Below, in pieces: positions 52,293 to 64,000 of a stretch of 64,000 nt of DNA. A program made the translations under genes and the position numbers. This DNA comes from Bigelowiella natans CCMP2755. Lineage: Eukaryota > Protista > Cercozoa. Each line of letters begins with the position of its first letter. Position 1 is the first letter of the stretch. The stretch covers positions 62,001-126,000 of the forward strand of contig ADNK01002290.1 of assembly GCA_000320545.1 (NCBI GenBank), in the 5' to 3' direction. The notes under the pieces were generated by a model, which saw nothing but the letters and a program-made list of their open reading frames with translations, made no database searches and was not told where the DNA came from.

Positions 52293-54289
52293 GTCAAGAC
52301 ATTCTGTGTGTCATATGTATGTGTACGTATTGAAATTCTACCTCATCTGCGTATTTATCTACCAAAACTTGTTTTTGCTTCACCTCTCTGTTAATCAAAC
52401 ATTATTGTTCAACCCAACGAGTACGAAACAGAGAATATATGATGACTCATCATTGTAAATTAGAAGGGGGGGGGGGGGGTAGGTGGGATGAAAGAGCAAG
52501 AGGTAGAAGCAACGATAAGTATACCTTCTATGATTCTACTACTGCTACTACTGCTGTATTACTTTATCCTGTAATCATTTTGAAGGACACTCTCAAATGA
52601 GTATTTAAGCAAATCTGCCCTTATCTGGATATTAGTACTCATGATGATGATGACGGTGACGATGACGACGACGACGATGATGATGATGATGATGATGATG
52701 AAAATACTGATGATAATAAGGTTCACACTAGTATTATTGACAAGGAGGAGGTGGTGGGGAGGAGGGAAGGAAAATGAGTAGGATGTAGGAATTGTAGATG
52801 ATCAACATCGTATATTATGATTATCATATCACCATCATGCATACTAGTACCTTCTTCTGGGGACCGACTCGCACAGCCTTCACCCCCTGAGTAGTGGTAA
52901 GTAGTAGTAGTAGTAAGAGTAGGATCATCATTTCCATGAGATGGAATATCATGCAGCACCACCAAGCAATAATGGATATTCTTCCTTAAATACAAGCCCA
53001 TCGATAATATACAATATATATACAAGAAGTACGTGATTAGTACCCTTTTCAGAAGTGCTTCAAAGAGCTGATCTACCGCTATATTAGATTGAGCTACAGC
53101 CTATCGTCATTATAATCATATTCACCCAGATTAGATTCACTGAACATATTCTATAATAAACTCTTCACGAGGCTGCTGCTTGTATGGTTGTAGGTATTAC
53201 GATGAACAAAATGCATGATAATTACATCATTTTTTATTCACGTACCAAGACTCTTCTGATATTCTGTGGAAACCCTCTCCAATCCCATTCTTTATGCTGT
53301 TCAATAGTATAGCGGTGGGAACAACATTAGCAACGATCGCAACAACAACAACAACAACACAGTAAGTGAGAGACTATGTACCAAGAGAATACAAAATAAT
53401 CATACAAAACAAAGATCATCACAACGACGATGAAGATGATAACAATATTTTTCATCATCACGTATTACGAGATTTAGCCAAGCACTAATGAGCTCAGATG
53501 CCTTTATGTAGACATCGACAACAACAACAACAACGTCAACAAAGAAGCAAACGATTATCAAATACTGCGTATTCACTGACTAGCTGATGATGATGGTGAT
53601 GAAGATGATATGACGATTAAGGGAAGGAGGAATACTACTACACTCTAGCATTTGTTTATTGTACGAGTATGCAAGCTCGAGATCATCATGGAAACAACAC
53701 ACACTATTTAGTGGTAGTAATGGTAGTAGTGCATACTGTTGTAGTCTTTCCAGTGCCAGGAGGGCCTTTATTGATACGATTGTAATCATGTTTATCATAT
53801 GAAGGGAAATGGTGATGATGATGATGATGTAGTAGTAGTAGCAGTAGTAGTACCTTGTATTATCGATATTGGGTTGTAGAGTGCCCTCACAATTGCCTAA
53901 TTCATAATCACAATCCCCATAATTTATCACTATCATCATCATATTCATGAGGTACAAGTAGTAGTAGTCTGCTGTACATGATGCTGTGTTGAATAAAGAA
54001 TATGTATTCGATGACACACACACACACACAGCCTAATAATAATGTCATCATACCGTCCTTTGAACGTCATTCACTTCAATCCCCTCCAATACGCGATTTA
54101 TGCGGTAATATCCGATAAATTCGACCTATTTGTGTTGTCGTTATCACCATTAGTTTCTTTGTCATCATTGTTTCCTCTTCTTAGAAACAGCCCCCACCAC
54201 CACTATGCAAACGATCGATCCTATAGTAGCAGGTTAGCAGCAGTAGTAGTGGTAAAAGTAGTGCGTGTTTTCAATGATTGAACGTCTTG

Positions 54290-54322
<33 letters not shown>

Positions 54323-54453
54323 ATCATCGTCATTATGATTGATTATTTGTTACTGGGATTGATAAGTGGTGAGGGTTCTTGTCGGGGATATGGCAGGGCA
54401 AGAAAGGGCCTTCCAATAAGTACTTTGGTGGCTATACATGAGTTAATTATGTG

Positions 54454-54487
<34 letters not shown>

Positions 54488-54502
54488 ATAAATAAATAAA
54501 TA

Positions 54503-54543
<41 letters not shown>

Positions 54544-55050
54544 GTATCTAGTAACATTGGTAGATGATGGTGGTAGTAGTGCGTATTGGCAGTGTGCTAC
54601 TATGATCGTGAACAACTACTAACATGAGCCGCCTTGCACTAAGTTTGAATTATCATCCTTGCAACGGAGTAGTTTTGAGTAGTGGTAGTAGTAGTAGTAG
54701 TAGTAGTAGTAATGTAGTACATCTCTCTTTCTGATAATAATGTTTTATGCCTCCTTTATTGTCTTCTTCCATATGTATTTCTTATATGTATTTCTATGGT
54801 GAGAAAATCCTTCTTTTTGGGAAGGGGATTAGTGGAATTGATTGCCTTGGAAACAGCGGAAGAATCCTGTAGCACTTCATGAGAGGATGCCATTTCTCGC
54901 AATCTCCTCTGTCACCGGATATCATTTCCATCAGATAATATTATCAATATTCAATCATTGAAGAAAGAAGAAGAAGAAGATGATGACGTTGATGAGCACC
55001 TGTAAAATCAATAAAACTGGATTTCCCCTTCCTGCTTCTTCCATCCTGAT

Positions 55051-55082
<32 letters not shown>

Positions 55083-55407
55083 TTTATAATTTTGACAAAT
55101 GGGGGTGAGGGCCATTTTCATTTGGCGCTGGATTTGTATATCTTAGTAATGATGATGACGATGATGATGATGATGATGATGATGGTTATAGTGAACTTAG
55201 ATTATTCATTATGTTGTTATTGTTTATCCCATTATTGACTGACGAGGAACGCTATATAGATGATTCATTATGTTGTTATTGTCTATCCCATTATTGACTG
55301 ACGAGGAACGCTATATAGATGATTCATTATGTTGTTATTGTCTATCCCATTATTGACTGACGAGGAACGCTATATAAATGGCCAGAAACAATTAATTCAT
55401 TAAACAA

Positions 55408-55444
<37 letters not shown>

Positions 55445-55455
55445 CTCGCTCTCTC

Positions 55456-55517
<62 letters not shown>

Positions 55518-55751
55518 TCGCACACTCACCATGAATGCCCAAAGTCCAAAGCCAAGGTCTATTGTGAGAATAATGCAGCACCACACATGAAACACATCAA
55601 GATAACTCATGTGCTACTACAAACAATAGTGCGTTATGAATTCTGGTGATAGATCACGTACTGATATCATGATTAGATGAGATGGATAGGTGGAAGGATG
55701 GACTCGTAGTAATTAGAAACAAAGCTATGGCGAGGAGGACCATGAGTAGTA

Positions 55752-55784
<33 letters not shown>

Positions 55785-56296
55785 GTTGTTGTAGTGGTAG
55801 TTGTACCTCAATAGCACTTTGCATGCGTTCATATGCTACTGGTGATGCTGCTTGGTCAATTCTAGACAAATAGGCACACAATACAGTTATTGCGCATACT
55901 CTAGAGCAGAAGGAGGAGGAGGAGGAGGGGTAGGAGGAAGAGGAGAAGAAGGACGATGCCATCATCCTCTTCAACAATGCAGTTACCAATACATCGTCTC
56001 TGCTTACCACTCCTCACTACCCAGGCAGCAGCAGCACTTTAATAATACAGAAATAGAACTGCTAGCAATAGCAGCAGTACCTCCATAGAAGTTTTTCCTG
56101 ATCATTGTTCATTATATCATCATCATCATCATTAAACATATTTTTGCAGAAATGAATTTGACAGAAGTAGTTATTGGCACGGCATCATCATCGTGATCTT
56201 ATTGCTTTATATATCAAACTACTCATTATTACCGGCATCGGAAGCTCTTCTTTGGAATCAAATAAACTTATTGAGATGGCCTATGCACATCAACGA

Positions 56297-56336
<40 letters not shown>

Positions 56337-56384
56337 GGTTATGAGGCTGTTAATTTATTAAGGTTATAAATAACAATAGTAATT

Positions 56385-56415
<31 letters not shown>

Positions 56416-56596
56416 CTTTCTAAGGTATTGGGGATGATTCAAAGTCAAAGCTTTTCAACGATGAGGAACTGAGATTGCGGCATTTATTGTCATCATTTGT
56501 GACAGCAGAAGAAGCAGCAGCAGTAAACAAGCAGAGAGATTCTTCCCTTTCTTCTTCTTCTTCTTCTTCTTCTTCTTCTTCTTCTTCTTTTTAAGG

Positions 56597-56627
<31 letters not shown>

Positions 56628-57244
56628 AACTACTAACCCTAGATCCACGAGATCGTACGTATCTTCGAGGAATCATTGTTGTTAAAATAACGGGGGGGGG
56701 GGACAACAAGCAACAACTACTGTCAATTCAATTACTACTTATATATTGCTATGATGATTCGCTAGTAATTTATCGTTTGTCTATAACAATGCAACGACTA
56801 CATCAACAGCAGCAATAACTACTACTGGTACCGACACTACTACTGACCCATCATGTGCCCTTTGTGGATTGACTGGATCTCCCCACCGCATTGATGATAC
56901 GACAACATTGTCTCCTATTGGTGATGATATAATATGATATGATATGACATGATTATGTGGAATGATGTGCAAACACTGCACAACAACAACAACAACAACT
57001 ACAAACATCATCAAGATTGATCACAACACGAGTAGTTGCAGGCAGCACTTCAGAATAGATAACAAACATTAGTAGTAAATCATTCATTAAAAGGTGTTAA
57101 TAATCATCATTCCTCAAGCAACTATAAACAGCGTGTGCTATTCTCTTGGTAAGCTAATAATACCAGCAGCAATTTTGTGCTCTCCTGCCATGAATAGAGA
57201 GCTAATGGAATGAGATGATGATGATGATGATGATGATGGCATAA

Positions 57245-57281
<37 letters not shown>

Positions 57282-57711
57282 GGAAATGCTATTGTGAGAG
57301 ATTAACGATAGAAGATGACCTCGCTCGGTAGAATATATTTGTCTGTGTGCATATTTTTGGTTTGTTTTTCTGTTTGCTCTTCTCCCTCTTTAGCATTAGA
57401 TGCGGATTGGTGTTGTTTGTTACTTGTCTGGCTTGGAAAATCGGTAGAGAACCTCTCCAAATCTCCCTCGAGTCTATGATGATGATGGTGTAATTGTTGA
57501 TGAAGCTTTAAGTAGTGGTAGTAGTAGTAGAGGTCAGAATCAGGATCGAATTATGATGAGTACAAGTAGCAGTAGGGAAGTTACATTATCACATCATCAT
57601 CATCATCATCATCATCATCGCAGCAATCATTATCATTATTATTAGCAAGCACAAATTTATGATGATGATGATGATGATAGTCACTACTACTACTACCGCT
57701 GCTGCTGCTGC

Positions 57712-57755
<44 letters not shown>

Positions 57756-57955
57756 ATATTACTACTACTTTTACCAATTTGCACTTGAGGTTCAAAAGGC
57801 ACACACCTTCCTCAACCAGCTGCTGTGCAGAGCCTACAATGACCTTGCTGTGAGTTGTGTTTTGGAGGTTACTACTACTCCTCCTCCTCCTCCTCAAGAT
57901 GATTGATCATATATCATAATTGAAGGGGTAGGTATTGCTATTCGTAGTAACCTGT

Positions 57956-57997
<42 letters not shown>

Positions 57998-58187
57998 CAG
58001 ATAGATAGATAGTACTACGGTTTTGTCAAACGAGCTGCTTGAAGACTATGTACATCTATGTTATAATTTATACGCACTGTTTCTAATGTGCTTTTCACAT
58101 TGATCTTGTGCTACACTATATTCCTCCTGTATTAATTATTATCATTATAAAAGCCATAATTATGTCAGATGCTTGACTGATTAGGCA

Positions 58188-58225
<38 letters not shown>

Positions 58226-59559
58226 ACAGACAGACAGACTAACAAATACAAACTATTTCCTCCAAATCATACTTCTTCAAAACATTTTTGGCAGCAAGCA
58301 TCACATCGCATCACTTCACATCACATCACTCCTTCCTTTCTCTTCCCACCACCTTTAAAGCGAGGGAGTATAGCTGTGCGTATGGTTTCATCAAGTTGAT
58401 TCGAACAGGCATGTAGTAATCTGCTGCATGGTTGTGCATCTTCCCAGCCTTTGGTAGTAGTAGTAGTAGTAGTGTGAGTCTTGTGGAAAATGGCTGTTGC
58501 ATGCACATATCAAAGGAGGCCCAGAAAGGCACCTACTATAGCAGTAATACCCTCTTGCTTTCTGGTCGAGGATCGTGTGGATATCTAATGATGGGGGGGG
58601 GGGAATCATAATGATGATGATTGATGATTGATGATTGATGATTGATGATTGATGATGATGATGATGATGATGAGATGTTGTGCTCTTGGAAAAAATATAG
58701 CTTCTTGACAAGGATAAGGAGGAGAAGGAGGAGAAGGAGGAGAAGAAGGATCAAGAATATAGCACATGATAATAACAGGCTACTACTAGTGCTACTAATC
58801 TATCCAATCATACGACATAGAACGTATTATCATCTTCGTGTCTGCTTTCATATATTGCTATTGTCATTATGATTTTTATCATTACGTGATGAAATTGTCG
58901 TCTCTTTCTCTTTCAGGGCCGCTTGGTATGGGAACATTACTGAACAAGTAGTCGTAAGAGAGAGAAGCAGAACACCATCATCGATCTAATCGACCATCAT
59001 CATCATCATCATCGTCGTCGTCATCGTCATTAAGTAAGTGAACCCTTTTTCACGATGTTCCAGACTGTGAGTAGTGATCAGGCTTTGGATCATTTCGTGG
59101 TTGGCCATTTCCTGTTTACATCATTACAAATATAGAAGAAGAAGAAGAAGAAGAAGAAGAAGAAGAAGAAGAAGAAGCATGTTGTCTTTATTCATGGTTT
59201 CCTTTTGGCATCATCATGTATTAAAACGCACATAATTTGCCATTATTCGTTCATTCGAATTTACTAGCTGCTTGCAGATTATAGAGAGGAGAGAGGAGAG
59301 AGGAGAGGATGAGAACGAAAATAGGAGTAGTAGTAGTACTCTTGGAGACATCGTCATCTTGATGGGGTTGTGGTGGTCTTGTTGGCCTTCTTCATCTCCT
59401 CCTTGATTCATCATCTGTTGTAAGATGCCAGCAGAGCACCAGATTTGTTCAAGAACAATTATTAGAATTTAGCAAGTGAAATCGTAAGGCAGCAGCATCA
59501 TGCCACATCACACCCTGAATCATTGGATGATAATATGCTGGAATGGGGGGGGTAGTTCT
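46807..59559 (-). CDS. IGHMBP2/SMUBP-2-like Upf1-family SF1 helicase, fragmented into many micro-exons; probably continuous with the upstream methyltransferase
   Basis: LVEEGVCLLNL..TRGRFGEVLYRF (IGHMBP2-like N-terminus), GDNVVVS, RIDQAASPVAYERMQSAI, GPPGTGKT (~53760), AQSNIAVD, VLVDEAAQ|ATEPE, LIGDHHQLPP, QYRMHP, GVISPY, GREKD, RRVNV|ALTRAR. Stop TAG at 46807. Confidence 0.85.
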
Positions 59560-59575
59560 CTGATAAGAGTAGTAA

Positions 59576-59610
<35 letters not shown>

Positions 59611-60358
59611 TCTTTTTGCTGCTTATCGTTATAATTGTATTTTTATTTCTTCGCATCATCATCATCATCATTATCCTCGTCTTCGTCGTCGTCAATTTCT
59701 CTTCCCTTTTCTGCTTTTTTTTTCCCCCTTCTTTTTCTTCTTCTTCTTACGTTATTTTCGCGGCTGCCAAGCTCATCGGTATCATCATATGCTGTTGCAC
59801 CCCAGCTAATACCCCCTCGAAGAGAAGTAATAAGTGAAGGCGATGATGCTGATAATGTTGTTTCTGTTGTTGTTGTTGATGATGGTGAATAAGAAGACGA
59901 AGAAAGCTCCTTCTTTATTCCTTCCACTCTGTTCTTTTCTCCACTGAAATAATTAGTAGCATTATTGTTGATGATATTGTCTTCTTCGTGAAGGACTTCG
60001 TCATTATTCTTGTGGAAACGCCAAACTTGAAGGCTCTCAAACCCGTCTGAAGTTGTTCGTCTTGACAATCGATACGGAGAATATCCATATTTCTTTGCCA
60101 CTCGTTGTGCTATCTAATGACGGTGAGGAATACACGCACAAATAATTAACGAAGAGGAAAAGAAAGATGGGAAGAATATATCCACAACATCAACGTCTTA
60201 ATATGTACAACAATAGATACAATCAACTTCTCCTCCTCTCCTTCTTCTTCCTCTCCTTCTTCTTCCTCTCCTTCTTCTTCTTCTTCGCATTGGTGAATAA
60301 TACCAGGATAGGGTTGTTACGACCTTCCAAAACGATGTAGATCTGCACCACGTGAGTG

Positions 60359-60391
<33 letters not shown>

Positions 60392-61385
60392 ATAGTAGTA
60401 GTAGTGGATTATGTTATTTTTGTTTGAATCACCAATATCAATAATCATCATCATTATTTGGTAAAACACATCTTTTGTTGTCGTCGTCGTCGTCATCATC
60501 ATCGTCATCATCGTCGTCATCATCATCGTCATCATCATCATCACCATCCTCATCATCATCATTCTTCTACAGAAAAACTTTCTTCCACATAATGAAGATA
60601 ATAATACCTGGCCAAACTTGTTCAAGCAGCCCTCCGACTTTTCAAAGAATTGATCTATGATCTAAGAAGACAACGAACGATCAACCAAAGTAGTAGTAGT
60701 AGTACTAGTACGTAGTAGAAAATTGAGTAGAATTCCAAGTTTAGAAAGCTACTATTGAATGCAATACAAGCTGGTCTTGGTAGTAATAATAGGCTGCCGA
60801 TGATCATGATAGATAATGATGATGATGATAATGATGATGAACACCTTCGTTCCATTTGGCCCACCCGCCCAAGCATAATTCTCCACATGAGCGATTTCTT
60901 CTTCCTATCAATTAGTACATTTCAATAATTATTATCATTAACGAACTAGTGCTCAAATATGATCGAGTATGGCAGTAGAGAGTTAAGAGTAATGACTTCT
61001 ACTTTACTACCGATGACGGAACATATGGTGGATTGAATATCAACAAATCAGCCTTTGGGACACATTTCGGAATGATGTCACTCTGGAAGATTCCAAGCAC
61101 CGCCTCAAGAGGGACATTATTTCTCTGATATCAGGTTTAGACGTTTTTGTATGTATGTGTGTATTTGTGTGCCTCGCGTTTGCAGTAGTGAGGTCAAGCT
61201 ATAATCATATATATTGGCTCCCATGCTTATCGAAAATTTATTGCGTAGCTACCACCTCTAACGTTTGTTTGGTCGCATTCACTGCAGCATCATTCAAATC
61301 TGAGCCCCAGAAGCTCCAGTCTTTGCAACCTGCATCGGGAAAATGAGAAGCTCATCACAATCAAGGCCCTCCATTATGCTGTTGT

Positions 61386-61421
<36 letters not shown>

Positions 61422-61430
61422 TTGTAGGTG
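47300..61430. repeat. Very dense intronic microsatellites: (CA)n(GA)n composites, (TAG)n, (CAT)n, (GAA)n, (TA)n
   Basis: Directly visible, e.g. 49553-49715, 51750-52075, 54457-54541, 57590-57770. Similar tracts occur at 52-86, 1151-1241 and 8601-8740. Confidence 0.95.
55204..55380. repeat. Three tandem copies of a 59-bp unit
   Basis: attcattatgttgttattgt(t/c)tatcccattattgactgacgaggaacgctatata(g/a)atg begins at 55204, 55263 and 55322. Confidence 0.95.
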
Positions 61431-62194
61431 GTGGCGGCGGTGGCGTTGAAGAAAGTGATGAGAATAATCACGAGAATGATAATTAAATGGTAATAAATAC
61501 CTAGGATCCTCTTTGCTAAAGTCGTCAGGACAATGCCACTACCCACGCCCACCTCACCACAAACTCTCCTGTGAACCCTACGACGACACGCCGAGGGGAG
61601 AAGGAAGTTTTCTTTGGATGTCGATGACAGTAGCGTATCTAGAAGCAGCCAGGTATCATCTCGGGGAAGATACACGTGTCCTTTGGTTAGCCCAGGCTGA
61701 TGGAAAAGCAGCAGCATTTAGCGAGAATAACATCGAACAATAATGGCAGCAAGGTGGCTACTGAGAAGGATGCCTTGTTTGTCATCTAAATCACAGTCTC
61801 AAACCTTCGATTGGTCCTCGGTGAGATGAGAGATATCCACATCTAGCAATTATGGGAGCTTTTTGAGAACATACATTTTGGCATATTTCAACATAAAATT
61901 GTGGTGGTGGTGGTGGCTAAAGTTATCATCAATATTGGGATGTGTCGTGTCAAAGAGCCTACCGGGTACAGATCGCTTGTTATTTCTTAGAGGAATAAGC
62001 GAAGAGGCCAAGCGTCGCAGCGAGGAGGATGGTTGGTGTCCTCCTGCATCTTTTCTGCTGCAGCTGCTGTGGCTCTTGTTCAAGTCTCCACCACTTGTAA
62101 CGCTGTAGTACCTCGTCGCCACTCCAAGTGCAGCAATTAACCATATCCACACGCTCCTTCTCCTCCTCCTCCTCCCCCTCTCAACCATACTCAT
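59751..62194 (-). CDS. N6AMT1: HemK2/N6AMT1 (Mtq2)-like methyltransferase with an N-terminal signal/transit-like leader
   Basis: DISHL..GHVYLPRDDTWLLLDTL, GEVGVGSG, GSDLNDAAV, DLLIFNPPYVPS, AWAGGPNG, FESLQVWRF. Leader MSMVERGRRRRRRSVWIWLIAALGVAT followed by a Ser/Arg-rich stretch. Confidence 0.85.
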
Positions 62195-62586
62195 CAGACT
62201 GATCTCACTCCAGCACCATGAATGCCTGATGATCCATTGTCATAATCCGAAGAGCTCTCGGTGCAGGCACAATATTGGAATAAAATATGCGGAAAACATC
62301 TATAATGTGTTTGGAAATAGGACGGGGTATTACTCGTTAGCTAGTTTTTAAAACCACTCCAGATGTTTTTTAGGAAGAATAATGCTGGAGGTTTGACCTA
62401 GAAACTATCATAATTGGTGGAGTTGTTGTGGTTATTGTAGTCATTGTTGTAGTTGATACATTGCAGCATGATTTGCCACAGGCGTGCGAGTCGCACCACT
62501 CATAGATCTGTCCTTTTCTCCTTACGAGCAAACCAGGGCAAATATCGAATAAAATTACAATAAATCCCCTGTATTCCATAAAAAAC

Positions 62587-62663
62587 TGGGGATCCCAGGG
62601 ATTTGTACCGGGACTGGGCACCTGCATACCCTTAGCACACCGCTGTATCAAACGACAACCCCC
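62587..62663 (-). other. Degenerate tRNA-like sequence (pseudo-tRNA or SINE head?)
   Basis: 77 nt. GGGGGTT/GATCCCC-A acceptor-like stem, B-box-like GGTACAAATCC, a T5 run just downstream. D and T arms are irregular. Confidence 0.25.
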
Positions 62664-62813
62664 CCGACGTGATAGATAGTAGACTCCAGATGAGAATCTT
62701 AGAAGTGACATAATCAGCTACAAAAGGCGTTCATGTCAAATAGATGTACATCAGCATATCAGTGCTGAGCTACAAAAAGTAGTTGTCTTCTTCTGTCTCC
62801 TTCCTTCCTTCCC

Positions 62814-63854
62814 ATGGCCAACAAATCACAGCAGCAGGAGCGACGGCAGCAGAAAAATCGATGGCGCATTCTCGGTTTCGACCCTGTAGCAGCATCGCTC
62901 ATCAGCATCTTCACTCTGATAAATTTAAGTAGAGTCAGTATTCTCCTAGATGCAACTGTACTAAGTGCAGGCTGGGTGGCATTCATTTTAATCATGGCAG
63001 GGATTCATAGCATCATTGCATTAGGTAGGTGCTGCTGCTGCTGCTACTCATTCGTTCGTCGATTTTCAATACTTCCCTTGTTGATAACTTCGTCCTTACT
63101 TGCCTGCTTTATTATATACGTAAACCTATAGTTGTGTTAGTTGCCTTTAAGTGGATCACACATTCTGGTGGTTCTTCAGATCCAGAATTCTTTGTAAGAA
63201 TATGAATGAACCTCCACCTGTCTAGTTGGAACTTAAGTAAATTTATATCCCATTGCATACTTGAAATTATTATGCTAAGTTGCGATCGTTTGGTTGTAGA
63301 GATTAAATTTTTGTGAGAAGAGCAGCACGTTACTAATACTGCCACGCGCGATTGTTGCTTGGACAAATCAGTTCTTCGCAGTTTGTCGTCTGTCTCTACC
63401 AGTGTGCGTCCTACTTAATAATATAATCACGCTGCTACTGTTCCTTATTCAACTCAAATTGTTTTTGTTGTTCAATTGCCAACATCACCACCACCAATAA
63501 CCTTGTTGTGGCTGCCATTGTTGCATCCGCTCCACTCCCCTTGCTTCTTTCTCTCCTTCCTGTTATCACCTGCCGTAGGACGTATTCATCTGGATGCTCA
63601 CTAAAGTATTTATAGTTCTTCCTTTTCTCGCTCTGGTGAGTAGTAAGAAAGAGTGATGATGGACAACAAAACGATGATCAACAATGGATGTTAATTGTCA
63701 TGATCATTCTCTCTTCCTCCTTTATTCCTTAATATTGCAAAAGGGTGCAGAATTGGTTATCAGCTACGTGGCTGGTGGCTTCTCGCCTTTCTGGAGCGCA
63801 TGGAACTTCTTCCAAAGCAATATTCCTAACAATTGGATTATATTGATAAAGGTG

Positions 63855-63898
<44 letters not shown>

Positions 63899-64000
63899 AC
63901 TCTATCCACATAGTTTAGTGAGAAGCTGAGAAGAAGATGTGCTGCTACTGACATTAGGTTCTTGGAACTCTTTTCATTCTTCTCATCTCAAGATCAGGTG
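62814..64000 (+). CDS. Hypothetical multi-pass membrane protein, partial (runs off the right edge)
   Basis: ATG at 62814; hydrophobic exons VAASLISIFTLINL, AGWVAFILIMAGIHSIIAL, DVFIWMLTKVFIVLPFLAL, GAELVISYVAGG, bounded by GT-AG. Confidence 0.5.

Noticed and set aside
55204-55380. CRISPR-like array
   Set aside because: Contiguous tandem units with no unique spacers, no cas genes, eukaryotic context.
47300-61430. Many short ORFs of poly-S/H/Y/M/V/ER/CV
   Set aside because: Translations of intronic microsatellites.
59751-61717. N6AMT1 as the DNA adenine methylase or mutator responsible for the TpA signature
   Set aside because: The HemK2 family's well-supported role is protein glutamine methylation (eRF1), and proximity in a eukaryotic genome is not evidence. 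No deaminase gene is visible in this window.
62370-62711. 113-aa minus-strand ORF as a gene
   Set aside because: No recognisable domain, a low-complexity end, and it lies in the spacer between divergent genes.

Overview
Gene-dense, intron-rich eukaryotic DNA with GT-AG introns full of (CA)n/(GA)n/(TAG)n/(CAT)n microsatellites. It looks like a protist, possibly a chlorarachniophyte-like alga with a secondary plastid (inference only). Host genes: a partial PH-domain gene, a hypothetical gene, a ~21-kb RNF213/mysterin-like gene (Tudor, CBM20, RanBP2 finger, AAA+ modules, UIM, a U-box where animals have a RING, intact RZ finger), DXO/Rai1, PP2C, an MHYT membrane sensor, uroporphyrinogen decarboxylase, an IGHMBP2-like SF1 helicase that appears spliced in frame to an upstream HemK2/N6AMT1 methyltransferase, and a partial membrane-protein gene. 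The most striking signal is a 7.4-kb TIR transposon (23702-31095) carrying a DDE-type transposase and a ParB/pseudo-methyltransferase/PHD-like cargo gene. Almost every TpA in it has apparently been converted to TpG or CpA (A>G on both strands), with survivors mostly in CTAG/TAG. The same signature marks other intergenic repeat patches but not host genes. This suggests a repeat-targeted adenine hypermutation system, in the opposite direction to fungal RIP. All counts and exon boundaries were read by eye.
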